This document shows, one piece after another, positions 25,045 to 34,667 of a DNA stretch of 52,473 nt (positions within the stretch are counted from its first letter, which is position 1; every line of letters starts with the position of its first letter). The stretch is from a virus (Duplodnaviria; Caudoviricetes), in the IMG/VR virus record IMGVR_UViG_3300037245_002311, positions 1 to 52,473 of that record, one strand, 5' to 3'. The notes beneath the pieces were generated by a model. That model searched no databases. It was not told the origin of the DNA and saw only the letters and a program-made list of their open reading frames with translations. Both the position numbers and the translations under genes were made by a program.

Positions 25045-26051
25045 TCGCAGTCGTGCCCCAGGCCCGAAATCGGCGCTTCAGGCTGATCAAAAGCCGGCGT
25101 CGCGTGATCGGGGGGCACTCTTTTCGCGTCTGCGTGCAAAAGGGCAGCTTCACCGAGCGAGCTGCGAATCGGCGGGCTCGAGAGCGAGTCGCCGGCGCAC
25201 TGGCTGGCGACCTGGTCGAAGCCGTCAGCACGATGCAGCAGGGCATCGACTTCGCTGGCATCGCCGACAGCATCGCAGCGGGGGGCGATGTCGCGGCCGT
25301 CAATGAGGCGATCGGCCTGGGCCGCCTGCAGGGCACCATGAGCGCGCGAGTGCTCGATCGAATGCACGAGGCGATCGCAGAAGGCGCGAATATCGGCCTG
25401 CGCTTCTCGCCGCCGGCGCTCGAGGGCGTCTCGCCGCTGCTGGTGAATGAAGCCGCGGCCGGCTGGGTCGAGCAGCACGCGCTCGCAGCGATTCAGGGCC
25501 TGAATGAGCGCACCCAGGCCGGCATTCGGCGAGCGCTCGCTGATCAGCTGAGCGACCAGATCAGCCCGACACGGGCCGCAGCTCGGATCGGCGACATGGT
25601 CGGGCTGACCGAGCAGCAGTCGGTCACGCTGAACCGATTCAGGCAGCAGCTCGAGCGGCAGCTGATCCCAGTCGCCGAGGCCGAGACCGTGCTGGTGCGC
25701 GAGACGATCGAGGCGAGGGTGAAGGCGCGATCGCAGCAGCTGCTTCGGCAGCGAGGCGCGACGATCGCCGAGACCGAGATTCAGACCGCGATTCAGCAGG
25801 GCGAGCGCACCTTCTGGCAGGTCGCAGCAGACGAGGGCGCCGTCGATCTCGAGCAGGTCGTCAAAACCTGGTTCACAGTCGACGACGGCGACGTCTGCGA
25901 AATCTGCATGCCGATGCACGGCCTCGAGGCGAAAGAAACCGAGCCTTTCGAGAGCCCTGAGGGCTGGATAGGCGACGCACCGCCCGCACACCCGCGCTGC
26001 CGCTGCTACCTCGAGTATGCAATTCTCGACGTATCAGCCGAGGCCGCCTGA
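25041..26051 (+). CDS. Head morphogenesis (SPP1 gp7/Mu F-like) minor head protein
   Basis: TIAETE...KTW...VCEIC...PPAHPRCRC. Confidence 0.85.
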   Translation: MIAVVPQARNRRFRLIKSRRRVIGGHSFRVCVQKGSFTERAANRRARERVAGALAGDLVEAVSTMQQGIDFAGIADSIAAGGDVAAVNEAIGLGRLQGTMSARVLDRMHEAIAEGANIGLRFSPPALEGVSPLLVNEAAAGWVEQHALAAIQGLNERTQAGIRRALADQLSDQISPTRAAARIGDMVGLTEQQSVTLNRFRQQLERQLIPVAEAETVLVRETIEARVKARSQQLLRQRGATIAETEIQTAIQQGERTFWQVAADEGAVDLEQVVKTWFTVDDGDVCEICMPMHGLEAKETEPFESPEGWIGDAPPAHPRCRCYLEYAILDVSAEAA

Positions 26052-26110
26052 CCTTTTCGGCGGGCCTGCTCATAAAACGCTAGTTTTTCTGCGACACCTG
26101 GGGGGGTGCT

Positions 26111-26569
26111 ATGCCGACATGGGGCGACAGAATCAATCGCACGCTGGGCCTGCTGACTGCTTCGAATCGCACGCTAAGCCGCGTCTCGGCTGTGGGCACC
26201 GGTGTCGTCTCGGCTGAGATCACAGTGCCCGAAGGCGAGCGATGGCGGGTAATCGGGGTCGTGATCAGGATCGTGACAAGCGCAGTCGTCGGCAATCGAA
26301 ATCTGCGATTCGAAATCGAAATCGGCGGCGTACTCGGCGGCGCGATTCAGTCGGCGGTCAATATCGCGGCAAGCAAAACGGTCGTCGCGACATTCTCGCC
26401 CGGCAACGCTGTGAGCCCTGGCCTGGTGGGTGATACGTTTCTCGAGCCGTTCGCCGAATGCGTCTCGATGCCGGGGGATATTCTGCGCGGACTGGCATCA
26501 GCGAACGGCAAGGCTGGCGACGTGATCACGATCGTCGCCCACGCAGAAAGAGAGGTCATAGCGACCTGA
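26111..26569 (+). CDS. Hypothetical virion protein
   Basis: G-run RBS; beta-rich; located in head module. Confidence 0.7.
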   Translation: MPTWGDRINRTLGLLTASNRTLSRVSAVGTGVVSAEITVPEGERWRVIGVVIRIVTSAVVGNRNLRFEIEIGGVLGGAIQSAVNIAASKTVVATFSPGNAVSPGLVGDTFLEPFAECVSMPGDILRGLASANGKAGDVITIVAHAEREVIAT

Positions 26570-27168
26570 TGCCTTACCCCAGGAATTCAGCCCTGCCGGC
26601 CAGAATTCGCGCCGAGATGCCGGGCGCCTGCTGCACAGTCTTCAGGCACGCCTGCAACTCGAGCCTGGGAAACGGCGCCAGCCGAGGGCGGGCTTTCGTG
26701 GCTGGATATGCGGCCATTCGGCGGGCCGGCTGGAAGAAGGGCAGCGGCGACGAGCACTTTCACAAGCGGCTGAGGCTGGCGAAGGCGAAGCTCGAGCTAC
26801 ACAAGCTCGACGAAGATCAGCGCATTTTTTACGCCTGGGCGACGATCGTCGAGAAGGGCGGGCAGCTCGTCTCAGATCACGAGGGCGACGGCTGGACGCC
26901 GGCCGAAATGGAAAAGACCGCCTGGCGCTTCGTCTCGAGCGGCGGCCAGCACGGCGTCATGCACGACGGCCTGGCGGGCTCTGACCTGGTCGCCTCGATG
27001 CCCTTCACTCACGACCTGCAGAAGGCGCTCGGCATCGATCTCGAGAAGGTCGGCTGGCTGGTCGGCTTTCACGTAAACGACGAGGCCCTCTGGGGCCGCA
27101 TTCGCGACGGCGATCTGCCGATGCTCTCGATCGGCGGCAACGGCCTGCGCGCACCGGTGACTGCATGA
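26569..27168 (+). CDS. ChaB-like domain fused to XkdF-like prohead serine protease
   Basis: MPY..N..LP..IR ChaB pattern; DHEGD...MH...GW.VGF...W..I..G.L..LSIGG. Confidence 0.75.
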   Translation: MPYPRNSALPARIRAEMPGACCTVFRHACNSSLGNGASRGRAFVAGYAAIRRAGWKKGSGDEHFHKRLRLAKAKLELHKLDEDQRIFYAWATIVEKGGQLVSDHEGDGWTPAEMEKTAWRFVSSGGQHGVMHDGLAGSDLVASMPFTHDLQKALGIDLEKVGWLVGFHVNDEALWGRIRDGDLPMLSIGGNGLRAPVTA

Positions 27169-28682
27169 GGGTGAAAATTCGGAAAGACCCGAACGCGCCG
27201 GCCGTCGTGGCGCCGCTGAAGAATATGCTGGTCGACGTCGATGTCGACGAGCTTTCGAGTGTCGATCGCGGCACGAATCAGCTCGCTGACGTGATCCTGG
27301 CGAAGCAGCTCGGCCTCACGAAGGCGATGAGCGTGAGCCTCGAGCGGCGAGCCAGCGAAGGCCCTGCTCACGATCACGGGCCGGCAGAATTTCCCGACGG
27401 CCAGATCGCCGCGGGCTCTTATCGCTTTGGCGCTGGTGGCGAGATCGAGCACGAGCACACCGTCACGCTGACCCAGGCTCTCGAGCCAGGGGGCCAGGTC
27501 ACGCTCGAGTCGAGTGTCGGCGGGGATATTCCTCACCGGCACGACGTGACAATTCAAGCGGGGGAAGTCGTGAGAAAACGCTATGAGCGGCACCTGGGAG
27601 CGATCGCGAAGATCTTCGAGTCTGCAGCTGAAGCCGGCATTTCGATCGAAGAGATCGAGGCAGCACTGAAGAAGGCCGACGAAGAGCCGCGCACCTTCGA
27701 AGAGATGCGCACCGACGGCCGCATTCACGAGATCGACGGCGCGATCGACGACCGGTCTCGGGCTTTCATGTCGACGACCTGGGAAATCATCCTAAGCGAC
27801 GAAGACGACAAAGCGGCTCTGATTCTGCAAGCGGTCGAGGATTTCGCCGCAGTCATGCAGGAAGACGTGCCGCGACTTTTCAGCGGCGAGCTGGCGAAGC
27901 AGCTCGGTGAAGCGCTGATCGAATTCACGCCGGCAGGCGAGGGCCAGCCGACACTCAGCGACGTGCACGACTGCGTCGCAAAGCTGCTCCCAGGTGGGGG
28001 CAAGGGGGGTCATAGCACCATGTTTGAAAAACTGAACGCCGATGAGAAGGCAGCCCTCGACGAGCTGCAGAAGGGCAGCGACGCGAACGCCGAGAACGTC
28101 TCGAAGATCGCGACGCTCGAGGCCCAGGTCGAAGCGCTCGAGAAGGGCGAGCCCGGCGACGACGAGCAGCACGAGCTGCTGAAGGGCCTCAGCGACGAGC
28201 AGCGCACGCTGGTCGGGCCGGTCGTCGACTTCTTCGAGAAGAAGATCGAGGCGCAGACCGACGAAGCGAAGGTCGATCGCGAGAAATTCGAGAAGCGCGA
28301 GAGCGCAGCGCGCACCGAGAAGATCGCGATCTTCGTGAAGAGCCTCGACTCGATCGGAACGCCCGACGAAGAGCTGATCGAAGCGCTCGAGAAGGCGCAC
28401 GACGCAGGCTCTGGCGAGATCCTCGAGAAGACCCTCGCCGCCGCGAATGAAGCGGCGAGCGATGGCGGCCTCGAGCCGATCGGCAGCGAAGCCGGCACGA
28501 CCGTGATCACCAAGGGCGGCAAGGGCTCGCCCGCTGCGGCCTATGCCGTCGTCGAGAAGCGGGCGCACGAGCTGCGGAAGGGGCGAGAGGGCGAGATCAC
28601 CTTCGAGGGCGCCTACCTCGAGGCCGAGATCGAGCTGCCCGACGAGGCGGCGATCGCTGCCGAGGTCGCCACTCTTCAGTGA
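27165..28682 (+). CDS. Capsid assembly/scaffolding protein
   Basis: N-terminal ELSSVDRGTN motif, acidic coiled-coil C-terminus; internal start at 28020. Confidence 0.7.
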   Translation: MRVKIRKDPNAPAVVAPLKNMLVDVDVDELSSVDRGTNQLADVILAKQLGLTKAMSVSLERRASEGPAHDHGPAEFPDGQIAAGSYRFGAGGEIEHEHTVTLTQALEPGGQVTLESSVGGDIPHRHDVTIQAGEVVRKRYERHLGAIAKIFESAAEAGISIEEIEAALKKADEEPRTFEEMRTDGRIHEIDGAIDDRSRAFMSTTWEIILSDEDDKAALILQAVEDFAAVMQEDVPRLFSGELAKQLGEALIEFTPAGEGQPTLSDVHDCVAKLLPGGGKGGHSTMFEKLNADEKAALDELQKGSDANAENVSKIATLEAQVEALEKGEPGDDEQHELLKGLSDEQRTLVGPVVDFFEKKIEAQTDEAKVDREKFEKRESAARTEKIAIFVKSLDSIGTPDEELIEALEKAHDAGSGEILEKTLAAANEAASDGGLEPIGSEAGTTVITKGGKGSPAAAYAVVEKRAHELRKGREGEITFEGAYLEAEIELPDEAAIAAEVATLQ

Positions 28683-28723
28683 CCGAGGCGAACGTCACCA
28701 GGTGCAGCTCTTAACGCAACGAC

Positions 28724-28748
28724 GCAGGGCCTCGAGCTGAGGCCCTGC
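28724..28748. terminator. 10-bp hairpin between scaffold and decoration genes
   Basis: GCAGGGCCTC-GAGCT-GAGGCCCTGC. Confidence 0.4.
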
Positions 28749-28774
28749 ACTTGAAAAAAGGGAGTCAATCGAAA

Positions 28775-29839
28775 ATGGCTTATGAAATTCCTCTGGGGAA
28801 GCACACCCTCGAAGCGGGGCAGGATCTTTCCGCCAAGCAGTTTTACTTCATGTCAGTGGCAGCCGATGGTCAGGTCGACCCGACGGGCGCTGGCGAAGCG
28901 AGTGTCGGGGTGCTGCAGAATAAGCCCGACGCCGCCGGCAAGGCCGCCGAGCTGACGACCCTGCTGATCTCGAAGGTCGTCGCAGGTGAGGCGATCGCGA
29001 TCGGCGCTTCGGTCGCCTCTGATGCGTCTGGCAAGGCGCGCACGGCGATCGCTGGCGACACGATTCAGGGCATTGCGCTGACGGCCTCGGGGGCCGACGG
29101 AAACGTCATGTCAGTGCTGCTCGGTCAGAGTCGTTTGGAAGGCGATCTCGGGCTCACCTCGGGGCAGGATCTTTCGACAAGCGTGGGCCTGTTTATGGCA
29201 GTGGCCGCCGATGGGAAGATCGACCCGGCGACGGCTGGCGTCATGTGTGCAGGCATTCTGCAGACTGGCCCGGCGGCAGTCGATCTCGAGGCGATCGTCC
29301 GACAGATCGGAATCAGCGACGTGATTTCGGGCGCGGCATTCACGACGGGCGACGCACTCGCCAGCGACTCGGCCGGCAAGGCCGTGAAGGCGGTCGGTAA
29401 CGATGTCGTGCAGGCGATCGCACTCGAAACCGCAAGCGCTGCCGATGAGACGATCTCGGTGCTGCTCGGTCAGAGCTTCAAGGAGGGCGATATCACTCTG
29501 GTATCGGGGCAAGACCTTTCCTCGGATCAGTTTCTTTTCATGGCCTACGCCTCCGACAGTAAGATCGACGCGGCCGGCGACGGTGTACTCGGCTGCGGCG
29601 TGCTTCAGAACGCACCGGGCGCAGTCGATCTGCCGGCGATCTGCCGCATCTCTGGGATCACGAGTGTGATCACGGGCGCCGCGATCACGGCGGGCGCTGC
29701 GGTCACCAGCGACTCGGCTGGGAAGGCGAAGACGGCCGCGACGGGCGACATCGTGCAGGGCGTCGCACTGAATGACGCATCGGGTGCCGACGAGACTGAT
29801 CTGATCCTGCTCTCGATCAATGGATACGTCGCAAGTTAA
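28775..29839 (+). CDS. Capsid decoration/cement protein, three tandem DUF2190-like domains
   Basis: Three repeats GQDLS...FM..A.DG/S.ID...G.LQ...SD..GKA..A..D..Q.IAL. Confidence 0.8.
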   Translation: MAYEIPLGKHTLEAGQDLSAKQFYFMSVAADGQVDPTGAGEASVGVLQNKPDAAGKAAELTTLLISKVVAGEAIAIGASVASDASGKARTAIAGDTIQGIALTASGADGNVMSVLLGQSRLEGDLGLTSGQDLSTSVGLFMAVAADGKIDPATAGVMCAGILQTGPAAVDLEAIVRQIGISDVISGAAFTTGDALASDSAGKAVKAVGNDVVQAIALETASAADETISVLLGQSFKEGDITLVSGQDLSSDQFLFMAYASDSKIDAAGDGVLGCGVLQNAPGAVDLPAICRISGITSVITGAAITAGAAVTSDSAGKAKTAATGDIVQGVALNDASGADETDLILLSINGYVAS

Positions 29840-29924
29840 ACCGCCGCTGGGCGATCCCAGCTTCACCGGCTGACCCGACGTCGGCGACGCCGAAAAGTGA
29901 TTCACCCTGAGGGGGATAAGGAAG

Positions 29925-30905
29925 ATGCGCAATACAGCTATTCGGAAAGGGCAGCCGTCGGCGGGCGACGTTCATGTGAATCGACCGCTCACGAATGTGT
30001 CGATCGACTTCTCGCAGAACGCCGAGGGCTTCGTTCACAATAAGGTTTTTCCTGTGATCCCGGTGGCGAAGCAGACCGATAGTTACTTCATCTACGATAA
30101 AGGCCAGTGGCAGCGTGGCGGCTCGCAGAAGCGCGCGCCGGCGACCGAATCGGCGGGGAGCGGTTACACCGTTTCGACCGATAGCTATGCCTGCGACGTC
30201 TGGGCACTGCACAAAGATGTCGCCGACCAGACGCGGGCGAATTCCGATTCGCCTCTGCGACCCGATCAGGATGCTGCCCGGTATGTGACCGAGCAGATGA
30301 TGATCGACAAAGAAGTCGAATGGGCGTCGGCCTATTTCGTGACGGGCGTCTGGACGGTCGACGAGACGGTGAGCCCTCTCTGGGATGCTGCCGACTCGAC
30401 ACCGATCGAAGACGTGCGGGCGCAGAAGACGGCCATGCTCAAGCTGACCGGTCGGAAGCCGAACGTCATGGTGATGTCGGTCGAGGTTTTCGACGTGCTG
30501 GTCGATCATCCCGATATCGTCGCTCGCCTGAGTGGCGGCGCGACTCCGCAGAACATGGCGATTCCGCAAGAAGTGCAGCTCGCGACGATCTTCGGCATGG
30601 AGCGCATTCACGTCGCCGAGGCCGTGCAGAATGAGGCAGTCGAGGGCGCGACCGATTCGAATGACTTCGTGCTCGGTCAGCACTGCTTGCTGCTTCACGT
30701 GCCGCGCACGGCTGGGCTCTACACACCCAGCGCCGGTTACACTTTCGCGTGGACTGGCCTGCTCGGCTCGAGTGCAGGTAACACGGTGATTTCGCGGATT
30801 CGCGCGGATCTTCTGAAGGCCTGGCGAGTCGAGGGTGAGTGCGCCTACGACCAGAAGGTCGTGAGTGCGGATCTCGGCACGCTCTTCGCCTCGGTGCTCA
30901 CCTAA
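29925..30905 (+). CDS. Major capsid protein
   Basis: PLTNVSI...VFPVIPV...RAPATES...PSAGYTF; 326 aa after decoration gene. Confidence 0.85.
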   Translation: MRNTAIRKGQPSAGDVHVNRPLTNVSIDFSQNAEGFVHNKVFPVIPVAKQTDSYFIYDKGQWQRGGSQKRAPATESAGSGYTVSTDSYACDVWALHKDVADQTRANSDSPLRPDQDAARYVTEQMMIDKEVEWASAYFVTGVWTVDETVSPLWDAADSTPIEDVRAQKTAMLKLTGRKPNVMVMSVEVFDVLVDHPDIVARLSGGATPQNMAIPQEVQLATIFGMERIHVAEAVQNEAVEGATDSNDFVLGQHCLLLHVPRTAGLYTPSAGYTFAWTGLLGSSAGNTVISRIRADLLKAWRVEGECAYDQKVVSADLGTLFASVLT

Positions 30906-30919
30906 AGGGGGGCGCCGCC

Positions 30920-31366
30920 GTGCCTGAGATCACCTACGTCGCAGGCCGCAGGCTCAAGGGTATTCCTCGCAACGGCGAGCTAGTCGACGTCGCTGCGAGG
31001 CAGCCCGTGCCCGAGGCCGCAAAATTCAGGAAGCTGAAAATCCTGATCAAGGCGGGTTTCGTCGTGCGACTGATCGACGGCGTGCCCGATAAGCCGTCGA
31101 AGCAGCGCGCTCGGCAGCTGGGGCTCACACCCTATCGAAGGCACGACAAGCCGAGCGGGTCGGTCGCTGCCGAGGCTGGCTCGGCAGCGTCAAGGGGGGG
31201 CGAGGCCGGCAAGCCCGGCAGCGATCGGCCCCAGTCTGACAAAAAGCCCGAAGACTCGAAGCCGGCCGAAGTAAAGCCTGCCGCGAAGAAGAAGACGCCG
31301 AAGAAGAAGGCGCCGAAGAAGAAGGCGAAGAAGGGCACGAGGCGAATCACTCGACGCGAAGGGTGA
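30920..31366 (+). CDS. Lys-rich head-associated protein
   Basis: GGGGGG RBS, GTG 30920; KKKTPKKKAPKKKAKK tail. Confidence 0.7.
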   Translation: MPEITYVAGRRLKGIPRNGELVDVAARQPVPEAAKFRKLKILIKAGFVVRLIDGVPDKPSKQRARQLGLTPYRRHDKPSGSVAAEAGSAASRGGEAGKPGSDRPQSDKKPEDSKPAEVKPAAKKKTPKKKAPKKKAKKGTRRITRREG

Positions 31367-31369
31367 CCC

Positions 31370-31810
31370 ATGGCAGAGACCTACACATACACGAATGATC
31401 CGGCGAATTCAGCGCGCGATCGGATCAGAATTCAAATTGGTGACGCCGATGTCGCGATCGGGGTGCCTATTCTCAGCGACCAGGTGATCGACTTTCGCCT
31501 GGGCGCTGAGGACACCGAGGCGAAGGCGGCCTGGCGCTGCTGCGAAGATATCGTCGCTGCGCTTTCCGCGAAGGCGGTCGACTGGACGACGGGCGGCCAG
31601 TCGGCGTCGAAGAGCCAGAAGCTCGAGCACTATCGTGCACTCGAGAAGAAGCTGCGCCGAGATGCGTCTGGGCGAAACGTGGCATTTTCTGCTGGCGGGC
31701 TGAGCCTCGACGAGAAGGTCGACAATAAGGCCGACCCAGATCGCACGCAGGGCACCTTTCACGCCGACATGATGCGAAACCCTGAGCGGGGCAGTGCGGG
31801 GCAGTCGTGA
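31370..31810 (+). CDS. Head-tail connector
   Basis: YTNDP...DRIRIQIGD...LSD; position after capsid. Confidence 0.75.
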   Translation: MAETYTYTNDPANSARDRIRIQIGDADVAIGVPILSDQVIDFRLGAEDTEAKAAWRCCEDIVAALSAKAVDWTTGGQSASKSQKLEHYRALEKKLRRDASGRNVAFSAGGLSLDEKVDNKADPDRTQGTFHADMMRNPERGSAGQS

Positions 31811-32169
31811 TCGAATCCGACAGCATAAACGTGAGAGATCTCGAGCTATTCCGGCGCACGATGTCGGGAATAGGCGGCGACGGCACCGATGAGTCGCTGA
31901 TCGCCGACCTGGTCGCGCATCATGAGCAGGTCGACGAAGGCTCTCGCAGCGTGCAGGGGCGCGACAGTCGCGTGACTGATTCGCTTTATATTCACGGCTT
32001 CGACCCAGCAGACGGCTCGGCGCTCGATGTCAGAGAGCACGATCTCGCGTCGTGGACTGATCACCGAGGCACTCTGATCGAGAAGGTCTCGATCACTCGA
32101 GTCGCGGCGAACTCAGAGCCCGGCACTGGCACGCCTGGCACCGCGCACCTTCGGCTCGATATTGGCTAA
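31807..32169 (+). CDS. Head closure protein
   Basis: Position and size. Confidence 0.6.
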   Translation: MIESDSINVRDLELFRRTMSGIGGDGTDESLIADLVAHHEQVDEGSRSVQGRDSRVTDSLYIHGFDPADGSALDVREHDLASWTDHRGTLIEKVSITRVAANSEPGTGTPGTAHLRLDIG

Positions 32170-32569
32170 GAGAAAGCCGGTCACCGGCCGGAAATCGACA
32201 GTGAAGCGCGCGAAGATCGTGCTTCGAAACGTCGAAGAAGCCGTCGAGCAGCAGCTCGATGACAACGCCGCCGACCTGCTGAACCGATCCGATGCGATTT
32301 CGCCTCAGCTGACCGGCGCTCACATTCACACCGGAAAGGTGACGCGGCTCGGCCGCTTCTTTCGCGTCGTTTCGTATGACGAGGATTACTCGGTGAGGAT
32401 TCACGAAGATCGCTATAACCTCGGGCCGATTTCAAGTCGCAAGCCGCCGACATCCGACGGGCCCGTCGGTCGTCGCTTTCTTGCGAGAGCATTCGATCGA
32501 AACGCGAAGCGCTACATCGACGAAATCGGAAAGGCTGCCGCGAAGGCCCTGCGGCAGAGTGTGCGCTGA
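32162..32569 (+). CDS. HK97 gp10-like tail completion protein
   Basis: PQLTG...YSVRIHE...RFLARA. Confidence 0.7.
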   Translation: MAKRKPVTGRKSTVKRAKIVLRNVEEAVEQQLDDNAADLLNRSDAISPQLTGAHIHTGKVTRLGRFFRVVSYDEDYSVRIHEDRYNLGPISSRKPPTSDGPVGRRFLARAFDRNAKRYIDEIGKAAAKALRQSVR

Positions 32570-32982
32570 TGGCTCTTCTTCTCGAGCGTGGAATCGCAGA
32601 GGTGCTCGAGGCCTCAGACTTGGGCGACTTCAGCGCGCCGGCTTCGGCCGTGCCGCCGGCGATCATGGTCGGCGAAGAGCTTGAATATCCCGACCAGTCG
32701 ATCACAGTGAACGCAGTCGGCGGCGCCGCGAACGATCGAGTGCTCGGGCGCTTTCCGAAATTCGTGATCATCAATCGGGGGCCGAGCTACGCGACCGAGC
32801 GCGACCTGGCCGATGACATTCACGCAGCACTCGATCAGCACCAGGGCGCGCTCGACTCGCTGCCCTGCGGGCGCATTCAGCCCGACACCCTGCCCGTGTA
32901 CCTGGGCCGCGATCCCAGCGGCAAGGGCGGCGGGCTCGCGAAGTTTACCCAGACCGTAACGGTCTTCACGCACGACCTTTAA
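32569..32982 (+). CDS. Tail terminator protein
   Basis: Directly upstream of tail tube gene; 137 aa. Confidence 0.7.
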   Translation: MALLLERGIAEVLEASDLGDFSAPASAVPPAIMVGEELEYPDQSITVNAVGGAANDRVLGRFPKFVIINRGPSYATERDLADDIHAALDQHQGALDSLPCGRIQPDTLPVYLGRDPSGKGGGLAKFTQTVTVFTHDL

Positions 32983-32996
32983 GGGGGCGAATCATC

Positions 32997-34094
32997 ATGT
33001 CAGTTCAGACCCGACCGGTAGATCTTCTCACTCGCGTGCACGGCCTGCTCGGCACGCCTTTCGTCGAATTCGCCTTCGCTCTCGCCAGCGGGGGCTTTTC
33101 ATCCTATCGCGAGATCGGCATCGTCGAGGCGGCCGAGGTGCAGCAGGCCGTCGCTCATGCCGATATGCGCGACCCGCGCAGCGGCACCTCGCAGCTCGTG
33201 CGCCGGCATACGCGCGAATTCGACCTGACTCTGAACGCGACGACGAAGAAATTCGACGGCGCGAATATGCAGCTGATGCTGCTCTCGAGCGCACTGCGCC
33301 AGGTCGCCGCCGGCGTGACGTCGATCGCCGACGAGGCCTTTCAGCTGACCGACGACGCCGACGACTTCGTCGATCTCGACAATGCCTCGCTGGTCGAGCC
33401 GCTCACTGCGGTATCGGCTGCTGAGGTCGTGCTCGAGCGCGTCGGCACCGGCCAGGGCGGCAGCTTCGGCGAGACCCAGGCCGACTTCGCGCTCGACTTC
33501 TCGGTGCTGATCGTCGCGAACGTCTCGAGCTACATCGAGACGAGCGCGGCCGGTGTTCCGACCGAGCGCGTCAGCGACATCGTCGCAGGCGCTTCGCCTG
33601 GTGCTGGCGAGATCGGAATCATCGAGGGCGCCTCGGCGACATCGGGCGAGATCAAATATCCCTCAGGCGAGGCACCGGCTGCGGGCACGACGATCGACGT
33701 CACCTATGAGCCGACGCACACCTTCACCGAAAACGCCGACTATTTCGTCGACCCGAAGAGCGGTCGGGTGCGGGTGCTCTTCTCGACCAACAAGGCCCGC
33801 GCGGCTCAGCCCATGGAAACCAGCTACGACTTCAATGCCTACGCGCACGAAGAGATCGACCCTGGCACGCAGCTGACCTTTCCTGGCCGCGCTCGCATCA
33901 GGCACCTGCCCGACGCCGGCGTGAATCTGATCTGGCCGATTCCGCAGGTTTCGATTCAGGCGAGCGGCGACGCCTTCACCTTCAATCCTGACGAATGGGC
34001 CGGCCAGGCCATTCAGATCACGCTCGAGCATGACGGCACTTCGACGCCTTACGGCACTTGCGAGATCTACGACGAGACGCTGACCGAGGCCTAA
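32997..34094 (+). CDS. Major tail tube protein
   Basis: Position before chaperone and tape measure; beta-rich with central insertion. Confidence 0.75.
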   Translation: MSVQTRPVDLLTRVHGLLGTPFVEFAFALASGGFSSYREIGIVEAAEVQQAVAHADMRDPRSGTSQLVRRHTREFDLTLNATTKKFDGANMQLMLLSSALRQVAAGVTSIADEAFQLTDDADDFVDLDNASLVEPLTAVSAAEVVLERVGTGQGGSFGETQADFALDFSVLIVANVSSYIETSAAGVPTERVSDIVAGASPGAGEIGIIEGASATSGEIKYPSGEAPAAGTTIDVTYEPTHTFTENADYFVDPKSGRVRVLFSTNKARAAQPMETSYDFNAYAHEEIDPGTQLTFPGRARIRHLPDAGVNLIWPIPQVSIQASGDAFTFNPDEWAGQAIQITLEHDGTSTPYGTCEIYDETLTEA

Positions 34095-34115
34095 CGGTCA
34101 GCCGCCAGGTGATCT

Positions 34116-34150
34116 AGCCTCCGGGGGATTCACCGCCCCCCCCGGAGGCT
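34116..34150 (+). promoter_or_regulatory. 12-bp hairpin after tail tube gene that covers the chaperone RBS
   Basis: AGCCTCCGGGGG...CCCCCGGAGGCT; GGAGG at 34144-34148 in the 3' arm, ATG at 34158. Confidence 0.6.
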
Positions 34151-34157
34151 TCACCTA

Positions 34158-34667
34158 ATGCCGAAAGACCGAACGCTTCGCGAGAAGCTGCTGAACGGAA
34201 AGACCCTCACCCTGCTCGACGGCAAGAGCGTGACGATTCGACCCTGGTCGATCGATCAGCGCGACCACCTGATCCCGGTACTCGCCGAGATCGTCGTCGA
34301 GATTCAAAAATCCGGCCGCGAAACGTGGAATCTCGCGGCACCGGCCTTCCTGCTTCAATACTCAAAGCAAACCGACGAACTCGTGCGGCTCAGCCTCGGC
34401 TGGTCTGATGCGGAAATGAAGAAGCTCACGCTCGAAGACTCTCTGCAGCTCACGAATGCAGTGATCGAAATCTGCATTATCCGCCCCGATGGGGGTGGGC
34501 CGCTGGGGGAATTGTTACGGCTCTTCTCGCTTGGGATCGACACGGTCGAGAAGGTGGTGGGGCCGGCACTTCTGGAAATAGCAGAGACGGACTCGAAGAC
34601 GCAGTCGCGATCATCTTCGCACGGGGTCACTCGATCGGAGAAATCCGAAGCTATCCCCCCGAACTGA
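34158..34667 (+). CDS. Tail assembly chaperone (G)
   Basis: Between tail tube and tape measure; slippery G GGG GAA at 34505-34511. Confidence 0.75.
   Translation: MPKDRTLREKLLNGKTLTLLDGKSVTIRPWSIDQRDHLIPVLAEIVVEIQKSGRETWNLAAPAFLLQYSKQTDELVRLSLGWSDAEMKKLTLEDSLQLTNAVIEICIIRPDGGGPLGELLRLFSLGIDTVEKVVGPALLEIAETDSKTQSRSSSHGVTRSEKSEAIPPN

Noticed and set aside
31086-31093. CCGATAAG inside the Lys-rich head gene
   Set aside because: No CT(C/A)AAG at the right distance upstream; coding coincidence
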